DNA of 39,773 nt. Source: an uncultured archaeon (GTDB taxonomy: Archaea > Asgardarchaeota > Lokiarchaeia > Sigyniarchaeales > SOKP01). Every line of letters begins with the position of its first letter. Position 1 is the stretch's first letter. The translations under genes were made by a program, and so were the position numbers. Positions 1 to 9,321 of the stretch are shown piece after piece. Under the pieces are notes generated by a model, which saw only the letters and a program-made list of their open reading frames with translations, was not told the origin of the DNA and searched no databases. The stretch is taken from positions 1 through 39,773 of the forward strand of contig CAZOYD010000029.1 of assembly GCA_964583985.1 (NCBI GenBank), given 5' to 3'.

Positions 1-69
1 CAAACCAGAACCATAAAATTATAATCAATAAGCACATTTTCTTAAGTATCCTATTCTGATGTTGATATA

Positions 70-978
70 ATGCCCGATTTTTTAATTATTAGTAGCACAG
101 AAGACTTAGCATCAATGAATATACGTGAAAGATTATTAACTTCTTCTCAATATCATTTCCACAAGATTGATTCCACGTGGCACGATAATTTAATTTATGA
201 ATTTATAGCTTTTGATGAACAAGAAGAACGAAATTCACAAATTGAAGGAAACAGAATCTATTTAGGTCTAACTAATACTTCTTTGATACATTTAAATGAT
301 CTCAAGTTAGCTGAAACCATATTTAATTTTGATTACGTGATATTTGCAAGTCGTCATAGATCGCAAACATCCCGACCCGCATTACTAGTCCATTCTACGG
401 GAAATTGGGGGAATGAGACTGAATATGGAGGGAATCCTAAAGATCTATCAATTACTAGTGCTTTACTGCGTAAAGCAGGTTATATATCATTAATTTTCAA
501 TTCTCAAAAAATAAAATTAGAAAAATTTGCGATTGATGTTGAGGTAACTCATCATGGTCCAAGCGTCTTACCTAAACCCTTAATTTTTATGGAGTTAGGA
601 AGTAGTGAGGCGGAATGGAACGATATTGTTGCGGCTAAAGTGGTCGCTAATAGCATAATCGAGACAATCTTGAGATTTCTAGATTACAATGTGAATAAGG
701 ATCATGAAATTGGGTTAGGTTTTGGAGGAACTCATTATGCTCCCAATTTCAGCAGGCTAGAGCAAGCAAACAACATTGCTTTTTCATTTATATGTCCAAA
801 GTATTTTATAAAAGATTTGGATAATTCCATGATCAATCAAATGATTAAAAACACGATTGAAAAGATAAATTATTTTGTTATAGATTGGAAAGGAACTAAT
901 TCAGAAGAAAAACAACATTTGCTTCATATTTTGAACGAATTCGACATCCCTATTAGAAAAACTAAAGATTATAAATAA
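70..978 (+). CDS. dtdA: Archaeal D-aminoacyl-tRNA deacylase (DTD2/GEK1 family)
   Basis: Motifs FASRHRS..RPALLVHSTGN, EVTHHGP, FMELGSSE and GFGGTHYAP are typical of DTD2. Confidence 0.9.
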   Translation: MPDFLIISSTEDLASMNIRERLLTSSQYHFHKIDSTWHDNLIYEFIAFDEQEERNSQIEGNRIYLGLTNTSLIHLNDLKLAETIFNFDYVIFASRHRSQTSRPALLVHSTGNWGNETEYGGNPKDLSITSALLRKAGYISLIFNSQKIKLEKFAIDVEVTHHGPSVLPKPLIFMELGSSEAEWNDIVAAKVVANSIIETILRFLDYNVNKDHEIGLGFGGTHYAPNFSRLEQANNIAFSFICPKYFIKDLDNSMINQMIKNTIEKINYFVIDWKGTNSEEKQHLLHILNEFDIPIRKTKDYK

Positions 979-986
979 TGGGAATA

Positions 987-1850
987 TCATGCTTTAATTT
1001 CATTATAATAATTTATCAGCTTATCGAATACTTGATGAGATGCAACGTAACCCTGTGTTGCTGCTGTTTCTAATATCTTATTTAAAGCTTCAATTTTTTC
1101 ACCCTTAGTATTGCTAACGGTCAAGTTTAATTCTCGAATATTATAAAAACTTCTCCAAATTCCAGTTGGCCAATCTATCAAAGGACGAAGAAGCATGTTG
1201 TACTTTTCTTCTCCCTCCTTACTTAATTTTAATTCTTTCATGATTTCATAGTAAATGGATTTTCCCTTTTTTTGACCCTTGATAAATCCATCCTTTTCGA
1301 TTTGGTTCAGATATTTTATTATATCAGTAATGGTTAAGTTAATTTTAATTTTTTTCATGTTATCCATTATTTCAGAGTCCTTTAAACCCTTTAATTTAAT
1401 CATCAAGTAATTTCTAGCTAATATAGTATATTTTAATGGAACTGTTTCATGATCTAACATATTATATTGCACCAGATTTCCCAACAATGTGAATGCCACG
1501 AGATATTTAAGTAATAATCCATCTGACTCTGAAAAACTCTCTTTAAATAACTCGGAGTCATCGAAAAAATGATTATATAGCGCTTCTAACAATGTTTTGA
1601 TAGAATGGAAGCAATCTTCGAAAGCTAATTTGGTCGTGTTTAAGATTTGGATTCTATATTTATTGTCTTTCAAAAATTTTTCTTTTTCAATATTAATTGG
1701 ACGAATGAGGTGTGGATTTGGGTTGAATTGAGTAAAGATTAAATCCCATTCTTTTTTAAACCGAAATGATTGAGTTTTTGAGATCACTGATAATTTGTAA
1801 ATAACTTCATATAATTTTTCTAAAAACTGATCTTCTTTTACATCGGTCAT
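987..1850 (-). CDS. Hypothetical protein with probable internal winged-HTH segment
   Basis: 287-aa ORF; IIKYLNQIEKDGFIKGQKKGKSIYYEI resembles a wHTH recognition helix plus wing. Confidence 0.5.
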   Translation of the reverse strand: MTDVKEDQFLEKLYEVIYKLSVISKTQSFRFKKEWDLIFTQFNPNPHLIRPINIEKEKFLKDNKYRIQILNTTKLAFEDCFHSIKTLLEALYNHFFDDSELFKESFSESDGLLLKYLVAFTLLGNLVQYNMLDHETVPLKYTILARNYLMIKLKGLKDSEIMDNMKKIKINLTITDIIKYLNQIEKDGFIKGQKKGKSIYYEIMKELKLSKEGEEKYNMLLRPLIDWPTGIWRSFYNIRELNLTVSNTKGEKIEALNKILETAATQGYVASHQVFDKLINYYNEIKA

Positions 1851-2052
1851 TCAGTTTTACCTTAAACTTAGAATCACATTCATATGATGACGAATAATAT
1901 TAATTAACTTTCCAAATTTATTAAATTTTCATTCAATGTTAACATAAAAAATTAATATCTTAATATGAAAAATCGATTTTTTCTTAATTCGGGTTAATTC
2001 AAATCCTTTTAAGTTGTTTTACCTTATATTATATTGATTATAATACTATGGG

Positions 2053-2448
2053 ATGATTAATTTGAAAATTGAACATGTTGCTATAGGATCCAATTCAGAA
2101 GTTAAGAGTGACAAATTTTATGTTGGCTTGCTCAAATTCCAAAAAGTCAAATCTTTCATCGTTCCTAAAAAATTGATGAACCAATTTTTCGATGTAGATA
2201 AGGATCAACAAATAATTCGCTACTCTAATGAAGATGTGGATTTAGAGGTTTTTATCGTCAATGAGGATGATAAATCAATTGATAAATTTACCCATACCTG
2301 TCTAGTCATAGAAGATCGAGATAAATTAGTAGATGAGGCAAGAAAAATGGATTTTGAAGTAATTAAGGTACCTCGAGAAGGTAGCGATAATTATTACTTA
2401 TTTATTAAGGATGATTTTGGTAATTTATTTGAGATTAAATCACCGTAA
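2053..2448 (+). CDS. VOC/glyoxalase family protein
   Basis: IEHVAI..FY..LL at the N-terminus, THTCLVI, and FIKDDFGNLFEI at the C-terminus. Confidence 0.85.
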   Translation: MINLKIEHVAIGSNSEVKSDKFYVGLLKFQKVKSFIVPKKLMNQFFDVDKDQQIIRYSNEDVDLEVFIVNEDDKSIDKFTHTCLVIEDRDKLVDEARKMDFEVIKVPREGSDNYYLFIKDDFGNLFEIKSP

Positions 2449-2518
2449 ACTTTTTTACTATGAATATCCATAAAAGCATTAGTGCTACATTCAGGACATT
2501 TATAGTAGAGTAATAGAA

Positions 2519-3295
2519 ATGGCTAAATCATACAAATTGAAGTTGATGTTGCTTGGGAGCTCGGGTTCTGGTAAGACTTCATTCATAAATGGAAATAATG
2601 ATGATGATTGGCCCATTGGCATTTCGTTTACATTAGTGGAATGTTATGCAAATGAGAATGATATCTATAAATTTTTAATATGGGATCTGAAGGATCGCGC
2701 TCATTATCGCTTTATGTTTAAAGATTTTTGTCGAGGTGCATTTGTAGGTTTACTCTGTTTTGACTTGTCAAATAGACAATCATTCCTTGCATTAAATTAT
2801 TGGATAAATTTACTAAGAGAGGGATCCGGTAATATACCAATAATATTGATCGGTACTAAACGAGATTTAGAGAATCGTGAAGTAAAGGATCAAGAAATTT
2901 TAGATTTAATTAAAGATAAGAACTTGGATACTATTTTTTTTACTTCCATATATGAAGAAAATGATGCTAAACAAGAAATTTTTAGATATATTGTACAGAA
3001 ACTCGATCAAGATTATCCACTTTCTAACTTTTCAATATTACCCAGAGAATTGGAAGATGATCAATTCAAACAATTTCTAACGGAATTCTCAATTTGTCCT
3101 ATTTGTAAATCAGAATTACATTATAAAACGCTAAAAGCTATATTTTTTAGTGAAAATGCGGATTCCATAAAAATTAAAAACCAATTATTAAATCTTTTAG
3201 AAGAAATTACCAATTATAACGTTCTTCAATATAAAAACATTAAACTTGGCATTCCTTGTTGTAAATGTTATAAAAAAATATTTGAAACCGAATAA
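2519..3295 (+). CDS. Rab/Ras-like small GTPase (degenerate switch motifs) fused to a C-terminal Cys-rich putative Zn-binding domain
   Basis: G1 GSSGSGKTS, IWDLKDR (G3-like), IILIGTKRD (G4-like), FCRGA..LLCFDLSNRQSF; C-terminal CPIC...CCKC. Confidence 0.8.
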   Translation: MAKSYKLKLMLLGSSGSGKTSFINGNNDDDWPIGISFTLVECYANENDIYKFLIWDLKDRAHYRFMFKDFCRGAFVGLLCFDLSNRQSFLALNYWINLLREGSGNIPIILIGTKRDLENREVKDQEILDLIKDKNLDTIFFTSIYEENDAKQEIFRYIVQKLDQDYPLSNFSILPRELEDDQFKQFLTEFSICPICKSELHYKTLKAIFFSENADSIKIKNQLLNLLEEITNYNVLQYKNIKLGIPCCKCYKKIFETE

Positions 3296-3322
3296 ATTAG
3301 TTGCAATGAAAATCTCCGATTA

Positions 3323-4186
3323 TTACCTCTTTTTTCGAAAAGTAAAGATAAGTACAAGCAAAAATGGAAAAGCTGTAATGAGCATGATTATACCCAGTAG
3401 GATTTGATTGATGAGAAAACCAAGGAAAGCATAATCATAAGCGATGAATAAGAGAATACAAGGAGGAATTAGATCAAGCCAGTAACTTCGCCTTAAACTT
3501 GTCCTTCTTTTTATTATCATCCATAAAGCGAGTGAAACTGTAAGGATCTCCCAAATGATTACAATTACAACTGGTAGATTGTATATAAAAGGTATGAAAG
3601 TTATCAAACCCATTACCATTAAAAAAGTTAAAGCGAGTGGAACGACTGCTAATAAAGTGTAAATTTTACGTTTCTTTGAGCCGTGATTATCAATTTCGCT
3701 AATTGTAAGCAATTCTAATTGGTGTTCTACTTTATTCCAATTCATGCTATAAGATAGCAAATATGCAATGGGAATAAAAAACCAGCCGATAAAGTTAAAA
3801 CTTGGAATACCAAAGAAGGACCCGCCATGCACCCATGTCCATAAACCTAATTCAACTGCTATAGGATCCATGCCCCAATCCAAGCTCAGGGCAATCAAAG
3901 TGGTGATTAGGATGCGCATCCACAATTGAACATCTAATTTTTCGGCGATAATCATCGCACTATAAATGATTCCAACCCATGCTAGTGGAATTGATAGAGG
4001 AACAACGTTTAGAATCATGATTACTTCGGGGGCGTAAAAATGATGTCCTGACATGATCCCTATATATTCCAACAACACTCCATAAATAAATAAGGAAATT
4101 AACATTAACACTCTCTGGATCCAATTTTTCTTTCCGTCTATCAATGCATGAATCATTGCTAAAGTAAATAAAATAACTCCGATCAT
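3323..4186 (-). CDS. Carotenoid biosynthesis (CruF/DUF422-like) integral membrane protein; may start at ATT 4213
   Basis: Multi-TM protein with VPLSIPLAW, DWGMDPIAV..GLWTW and FGIPSFNFIGW motifs. Confidence 0.7.
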   Translation of the reverse strand: MIGVILFTLAMIHALIDGKKNWIQRVLMLISLFIYGVLLEYIGIMSGHHFYAPEVIMILNVVPLSIPLAWVGIIYSAMIIAEKLDVQLWMRILITTLIALSLDWGMDPIAVELGLWTWVHGGSFFGIPSFNFIGWFFIPIAYLLSYSMNWNKVEHQLELLTISEIDNHGSKKRKIYTLLAVVPLALTFLMVMGLITFIPFIYNLPVVIVIIWEILTVSLALWMIIKRRTSLRRSYWLDLIPPCILLFIAYDYAFLGFLINQILLGIIMLITAFPFLLVLIFTFRKKR

Positions 4187-4282
4187 GCTTGGCAGTAGTT
4201 CTAAATATGAAATTTTAAATTCGCCTAAATTTTATTTTTTGAATATGTAATGATGCATCATTTAACTTAAAAACTTTTAATT

Positions 4283-4696
4283 TTATAAAATACCAGAAGC
4301 TTTTATTATATCCAAGTGATCAAAAGCTAATTTCAAATCTAGTATTTTATCGAGTGGTATTATTTCGAGAGTTTTTGCATCATCCTTTGCCAGTGGTTTC
4401 TCATTTTCAGAAACAGGAACGCACTTAAAAGCGATAGAGATATTATGGCCCCTTGGATCTCGTTTAGGATCTGAAAAAACACCAATCAAATTAAGAATTT
4501 TCACATTAATGTTTGTTTCTTCAAAAGCTTCTCTTATACATGCTCGTTCTACTGTTTCACCCACATCTACAAATCCCCCGGGTAACGCAAGTTCTCCTTT
4601 AAAAGGAGGATTTTTTCTGCGAATTAGAACAATTGAATTTCGTGGAAATAATATAAGAGCATCAACTGCTACTAATGGAGTTATTGGCTTTGCTAT
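4283..4696 (-). CDS. NUDIX hydrolase (ADP-ribose pyrophosphatase-like); extends upstream of the ORF-track start (4564) to a probable ATA start at 4696
   Basis: In-frame upstream sequence reads (I)AKPITPLVAVDALILFPRNSIVLIRRKNPPFKGELALPGGFVDVGETVERACIREAFEET, which completes the Nudix box; also RDPRGH and LAFDH. Confidence 0.88.
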   Translation of the reverse strand: MAKPITPLVAVDALILFPRNSIVLIRRKNPPFKGELALPGGFVDVGETVERACIREAFEETNINVKILNLIGVFSDPKRDPRGHNISIAFKCVPVSENEKPLAKDDAKTLEIIPLDKILDLKLAFDHLDIIKASGIL

Positions 4697-4721
4697 AACT
4701 AATCATCTCTTTTTAATTTCA

Positions 4722-5528
4722 TCACTCATCCCATACCGAGGAATGTAATAAGTGTTCAATACGCGTACGACGCGGTCTGACAAATTTCGTACGAGATTCT
4801 CTTCTTTCAAGAAGGAGGTGTCTTTCTAAATTAGAAGAGTTAACCATATAAACCTCTAAATCCCCTTCATCAAGATAGATATGATTAAAGCTCGGAAGAT
4901 CATCTGCTCTGACTTTTAAAGAAGTAGAGGTCCCACAATATAGAAAAGTAGTGGGTCCAATTATCCAACCGTGGTGAACGTGACGATGTCCCATTAAAAC
5001 CAAATCAATTTCAAAGAGTTGAGTAAATTCTAATATTTCTCCTGCATCTTTAACGATTGTAAATTTTTGTCCAGATAAAGGAACGGGAATTAAATGATGA
5101 TGAAGGGCTAATACCCTATTCTCAAGGTTTTTATCAAATTGTCTTCCCGCCCAATCAAGTTGTTCATCACCAATTTCTCCATGAGCGATATCATCTCTGG
5201 CGGAGCATAGTCCTACAACAATAGTATCCTTATTCTCAATTATTAGCCTAGAACGACGCGGACCAATAATTTTCTCGAAATAAATTAAACCTGAATTTTT
5301 TGCATCATGATTACCTGGTACTGCTAAAAATTGGGTGGAATTCCTTATTCTTTGAATATAAGGAAGAACTTCACGATATTCCGTAATTCTTCCTTTATGA
5401 ATAATATCCCCAGTACATACAACAACATCAGGAGATGTATCTTCAATATAGGCAATTATATTTTCCATTAATTCTGGAATGAATTCCGAACCAAAATGTA
5501 GGTCAGATATGTGGATAATTTCAACCAT
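4722..5528 (-). CDS. Calcineurin-like metallophosphoesterase (CpdA/Icc-like)
   Basis: HISDLH, TGD, PGNHD, HHH and GHRH motifs. Confidence 0.9.
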   Translation of the reverse strand: MVEIIHISDLHFGSEFIPELMENIIAYIEDTSPDVVVCTGDIIHKGRITEYREVLPYIQRIRNSTQFLAVPGNHDAKNSGLIYFEKIIGPRRSRLIIENKDTIVVGLCSARDDIAHGEIGDEQLDWAGRQFDKNLENRVLALHHHLIPVPLSGQKFTIVKDAGEILEFTQLFEIDLVLMGHRHVHHGWIIGPTTFLYCGTSTSLKVRADDLPSFNHIYLDEGDLEVYMVNSSNLERHLLLERRESRTKFVRPRRTRIEHLLHSSVWDE

Positions 5529-5710
5529 GATTCACGCCAAATGATTCATTAATTTATGTTATAGATATCTTAATATTTGAAACGACCAAATCTTCACAAA
5601 AGGAAGATCTAAATAAATAATATTAAGCTCTAAATTTAAAATGTTTGTAGTTTTAAAAAGTAAACATAATTTGGCTTAATTTCTTATATAAATATAAATA
5701 CATAATCCAG

Positions 5711-8668
5711 TTAAAGAATTAATAATTCTTTTCTTAAATATTTATCAATCGTGCTAATTTCTAATGTGCTATCTTTAATAAATCCTTGTCCATAATCAGA
5801 ACCACCACCACCTTTACCATTGAATTTTTCGGTGCAGGATTTGATGAATTTACCCATATTAAAGACTTGATCAGTATTAGCATTTTTACCTAACATGCCC
5901 ATTAATGTAATGCCTTCTTCTGTTTTATCAATTAAAAAAGTTATTAAATCATCTTCTTTATTTACTACTTTGACACTAAGATTTTTTAGATCTTTTTGAG
6001 TTAGGTTTTCTACCGAATTGATTATGACTCTATAATTTTGTAATTTGATAGCATTTTTTAATAAATTTTCAATTGAAGAATCATGCAAAAGAGCAGTAAT
6101 TTCATTTAATTTTTCTACCGCATTATTCCATTCATCGTATAATTTTTCTACTTTTTGGAAAATCAATTCATTTTTGGTATCTAACACTTCAGAAATACGC
6201 GTTAAGATATCTCCATCTTGCTTCTCTTGAGAACTTAAGATGGTATCTTCTTTTTCATATTCACCATTTTTCAGAGATTTATGCACTTTTTTCCATTTAC
6301 CTAACAACTCTTGAATTCTCGAGATTAATTGATTGGATTGGACACCAAGTAATTTTTCTAATTTATGCACTATAACTTCTTGTTCTTTTTCTAGTTCGTT
6401 GGATGCTTTACCCGCTGTGAAAGTTATTCTCACCACTCCGTCTTGGATTTTTTGAGATTTAAGAATCTTAATTCTTCCTACTTCGGATGTGTTATTCAAA
6501 TGAGTTCCTCCACAAGCTTCGACATCAACTCCAGGGATCTCTACAATCCTTATATTTTTACCAGGTACTGCTCCCCCTTGGTAGATTGTCATTCCATATT
6601 TTTGTTCCGCTTCTGATCGAGGCATAAACGATAGTTTTAGATCAATTGCTTGGTTTACTATTTCATTCGCTTGCTTCTCTATTTCCTTTAGCTTAACATC
6701 GGGAATATTTTCATAGTGAGTTATATCTAAATGAGATTTTTTAAATGTTTTTTTCGCACCTGCTTGATTGACATGTTCTCCTAATACATGACGGGCAGCG
6801 GCGTTAACAATATGGGTTGCTGTATGGTGTTGTGATAGTTGTGTCCTCCATTCTTTATCAACCTCAATTTTAACGGTATCTCCTTCTTTAAATTTGGGTT
6901 TTTTAGATAAAACATGAATGATATAATTACCTTGCTTAAACACGTTATCAAATTTTTGATTGTTTATGGATCCAATATCATGTAACTGCCCTCCTGAAGT
7001 GGGGTATGCGACTGATTGGTCGAGAATTACCATGTTATTGATAATTTTCAAAACTTTTGCGTTGTTTGAAGTGTTAGTATAATCGTAATAGTAGAGAGAT
7101 TTAGTTTCTGGAATCCCCTTTATATCTAACTCAAGTTCTTTGTCCGTGGCGTGAATTTGTTCTTGTTTTTCGTGTCTTTCTACCACCAAACTATAAAAAT
7201 TATCAGGAATTTTTATATTGCGACCAAACTTTTTCGCAGTTTCTTTCACCATTTCAGGATTTATACCTCTGGAATCGTATATTTCTATTAAAGTCGCTGT
7301 TGAAATATCTCCTTCAGAAAGTAATTTTTCTAAAATTTTGCTGGCTTTTTTTTTTGTTTTATAAAACTTTTCTTTTTCCACCTTTAAAATTTCTCGAATA
7401 TCATCCAAATGTTCAGAAACTTCGGGAAATAATTCCTTCAATTCTTCCGCATGCCACTCGCAAACGTCGGCAAGATTAATATCCCAATCAAATTTGTCGA
7501 TAAAACTAATGGCTCTTCTAAAAATTGCTCTTAGATTGTAACCACCTCCTACATTAGAAGGAAGCATGCCATCATTTATTGCAAACAATAAGCTCCTTGC
7601 ATGATCTGCTATTGAGTAGATAGCAGTCATGGGCATGATTTTCTCTCTCAATTCTTTTACTGGGATCAATAATTCCTTGGCTACCCTCTCCCAGGCGGCT
7701 TCCATATCATCAACTTCGTCCATGTTCAAGTAAGCGGAATATTTTGAAAATTTATTGTACAAATCGAAATCCAGATTTATGGTAGTAATTTCCCTTAATT
7801 TTTTTAAAACGCGAGGAAATGTTGCTTCATAGATATTTGGAGTACCTTGTGAAAACCACGCCACCCTCTCTTGTCCAAGACCCATATCTAAAACTTTTAG
7901 ACTTAAATCTCGAGGTCCGTCAGGAGTTTGTTCGAACATTGTATAGACTTGATTGAATAATTCTACCCCCCTACTAAAAAATTCAAGACTACAACCAAAA
8001 GAACCTCCGCCCGCCCATGAATCTTCGTGAATCGTTATTTCTTCTTTTGAAAGACCTACCCCAATAGTTATAAAGTCGTGTATGTCTAAAAAAAGTTGTC
8101 CTTGATTCCATTCTTGTGGTGTGCCGAAAAAATGCTGTCCTATCATTATGAAGCCCGAATTATGTGAACTAGTGAGCCCTACGTTTTCAATATCATTAAA
8201 TCTCAAACAAAATTGAGGGATTATTAATTTTTTTGCAGGAGGTTCTACCTCACCGGTAATTACATAAGGTTGGAACGCTGATATAGAAGCGATGGTGAAT
8301 TCAGATGTAGGATTCCATCGTGCCACGCAAGGGTATCTCTTTATTGGTATATATCCCCTAGGTTCCAAAATTTCGACAATTTTTTTCCAGACTCCTATAT
8401 ATGATAGTTTAACTTTTATAGGATTGTTCTCAGTTACTTGAAATCCACCTGAACAAACAGGATCTCCACAAAAAGTTCTTTCTTTTAGCACGGTCCAGAA
8501 ATATGTACCACAACATTCACATTGTTTTCTAAAATAGCCTAATTTCTCCAATTCTTTTGTCGGAAAATATTTATCCGGATCCTTAGAAGCAATTTTTTTA
8601 AATTCCCGTTTAAGCTCCTTATCTGTTTTGCAATCCTTTAACTGAATTACTATTTCCTTAGAAATCAT
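5711..8668 (-). CDS. alaS: Alanine--tRNA ligase, archaeal type
   Basis: N-terminal CxxCGTYFWT..CGDPVC, FTIASISAFQP, QFCLRFNDIENVG, DMGLGQER, editing HHTATH and ACGGTH, C-terminal GKGGG. Confidence 0.97.
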   Translation of the reverse strand: MISKEIVIQLKDCKTDKELKREFKKIASKDPDKYFPTKELEKLGYFRKQCECCGTYFWTVLKERTFCGDPVCSGGFQVTENNPIKVKLSYIGVWKKIVEILEPRGYIPIKRYPCVARWNPTSEFTIASISAFQPYVITGEVEPPAKKLIIPQFCLRFNDIENVGLTSSHNSGFIMIGQHFFGTPQEWNQGQLFLDIHDFITIGVGLSKEEITIHEDSWAGGGSFGCSLEFFSRGVELFNQVYTMFEQTPDGPRDLSLKVLDMGLGQERVAWFSQGTPNIYEATFPRVLKKLREITTINLDFDLYNKFSKYSAYLNMDEVDDMEAAWERVAKELLIPVKELREKIMPMTAIYSIADHARSLLFAINDGMLPSNVGGGYNLRAIFRRAISFIDKFDWDINLADVCEWHAEELKELFPEVSEHLDDIREILKVEKEKFYKTKKKASKILEKLLSEGDISTATLIEIYDSRGINPEMVKETAKKFGRNIKIPDNFYSLVVERHEKQEQIHATDKELELDIKGIPETKSLYYYDYTNTSNNAKVLKIINNMVILDQSVAYPTSGGQLHDIGSINNQKFDNVFKQGNYIIHVLSKKPKFKEGDTVKIEVDKEWRTQLSQHHTATHIVNAAARHVLGEHVNQAGAKKTFKKSHLDITHYENIPDVKLKEIEKQANEIVNQAIDLKLSFMPRSEAEQKYGMTIYQGGAVPGKNIRIVEIPGVDVEACGGTHLNNTSEVGRIKILKSQKIQDGVVRITFTAGKASNELEKEQEVIVHKLEKLLGVQSNQLISRIQELLGKWKKVHKSLKNGEYEKEDTILSSQEKQDGDILTRISEVLDTKNELIFQKVEKLYDEWNNAVEKLNEITALLHDSSIENLLKNAIKLQNYRVIINSVENLTQKDLKNLSVKVVNKEDDLITFLIDKTEEGITLMGMLGKNANTDQVFNMGKFIKSCTEKFNGKGGGGSDYGQGFIKDSTLEISTIDKYLRKELLIL

Positions 8669-8924
8669 GACACTTTAATTTAGGTAATAATGAATTATTA
8701 CAGAATATAATGATTCGATTCCTAAAACAATTATGATTTTATAAAATATATAATTCTACTTAAAGCCTAAGATTAGGACTTAAATAATGAAATCATTCAT
8801 TATCTTTAAAGTAATAAAAGGAATTATTTTGACTGTTTTGTAAGGATTTTTATTTATGAATCCCTTATTGATCCTTAACATTTCTAATCCAAATTTAAAA
8901 AATAGGTTAAAGGGTGAAAATTAC

Positions 8925-9233
8925 ATGGTTAAAATCATGGTGGTGGCTAAGTATCCTCCTCATAAAACAAGTGAAATAATAAAACATTACACGGCTTTAG
9001 GTAAACCATCTTATCCCGATTATTTAAAGAAAGTGGAACATTGGGCTGCACAGGTTACTGGTGATAAATATAAAACTTACGCAGTATATGAATGTCCTGA
9101 TGACAAGATTGTTGGGGGTATGACTGCTCTTTCTAAAAGATTTAATTATTATGCTTTGATAAAAGGATATACATATAAAATTGAGTTTCTAATGGAAGCT
9201 GATGAAGCGATAAAGATAATGTCAGCAAAATAA
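8925..9233 (+). CDS. Small hypothetical protein (probable ferredoxin-like fold); likely start 8925
   Basis: ORF track gives 8856..9233; SD-like GGGTGA lies 7 nt before ATG 8925 (MVKIMVVAKYPP). Confidence 0.55.
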   Translation: MVKIMVVAKYPPHKTSEIIKHYTALGKPSYPDYLKKVEHWAAQVTGDKYKTYAVYECPDDKIVGGMTALSKRFNYYALIKGYTYKIEFLMEADEAIKIMSAK

Positions 9234-9321
9234 AATGAAAATTAATGATATTAAGAATAAAAATTATTTTTTTTTCCTATTTTCATATATGGTAATTATA
9301 TTTGAATAAAAATAGTAAATT

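Noticed and set aside
4509-4748. 79-aa plus-strand ORF
   Set aside because: It is antisense to the true N-terminal half of the NUDIX gene.
8669-8924. Searched for an Ala-rich leader upstream of alaS analogous to the ileS leader
   Set aside because: No Ala-codon-rich uORF or comparable hairpin was seen.
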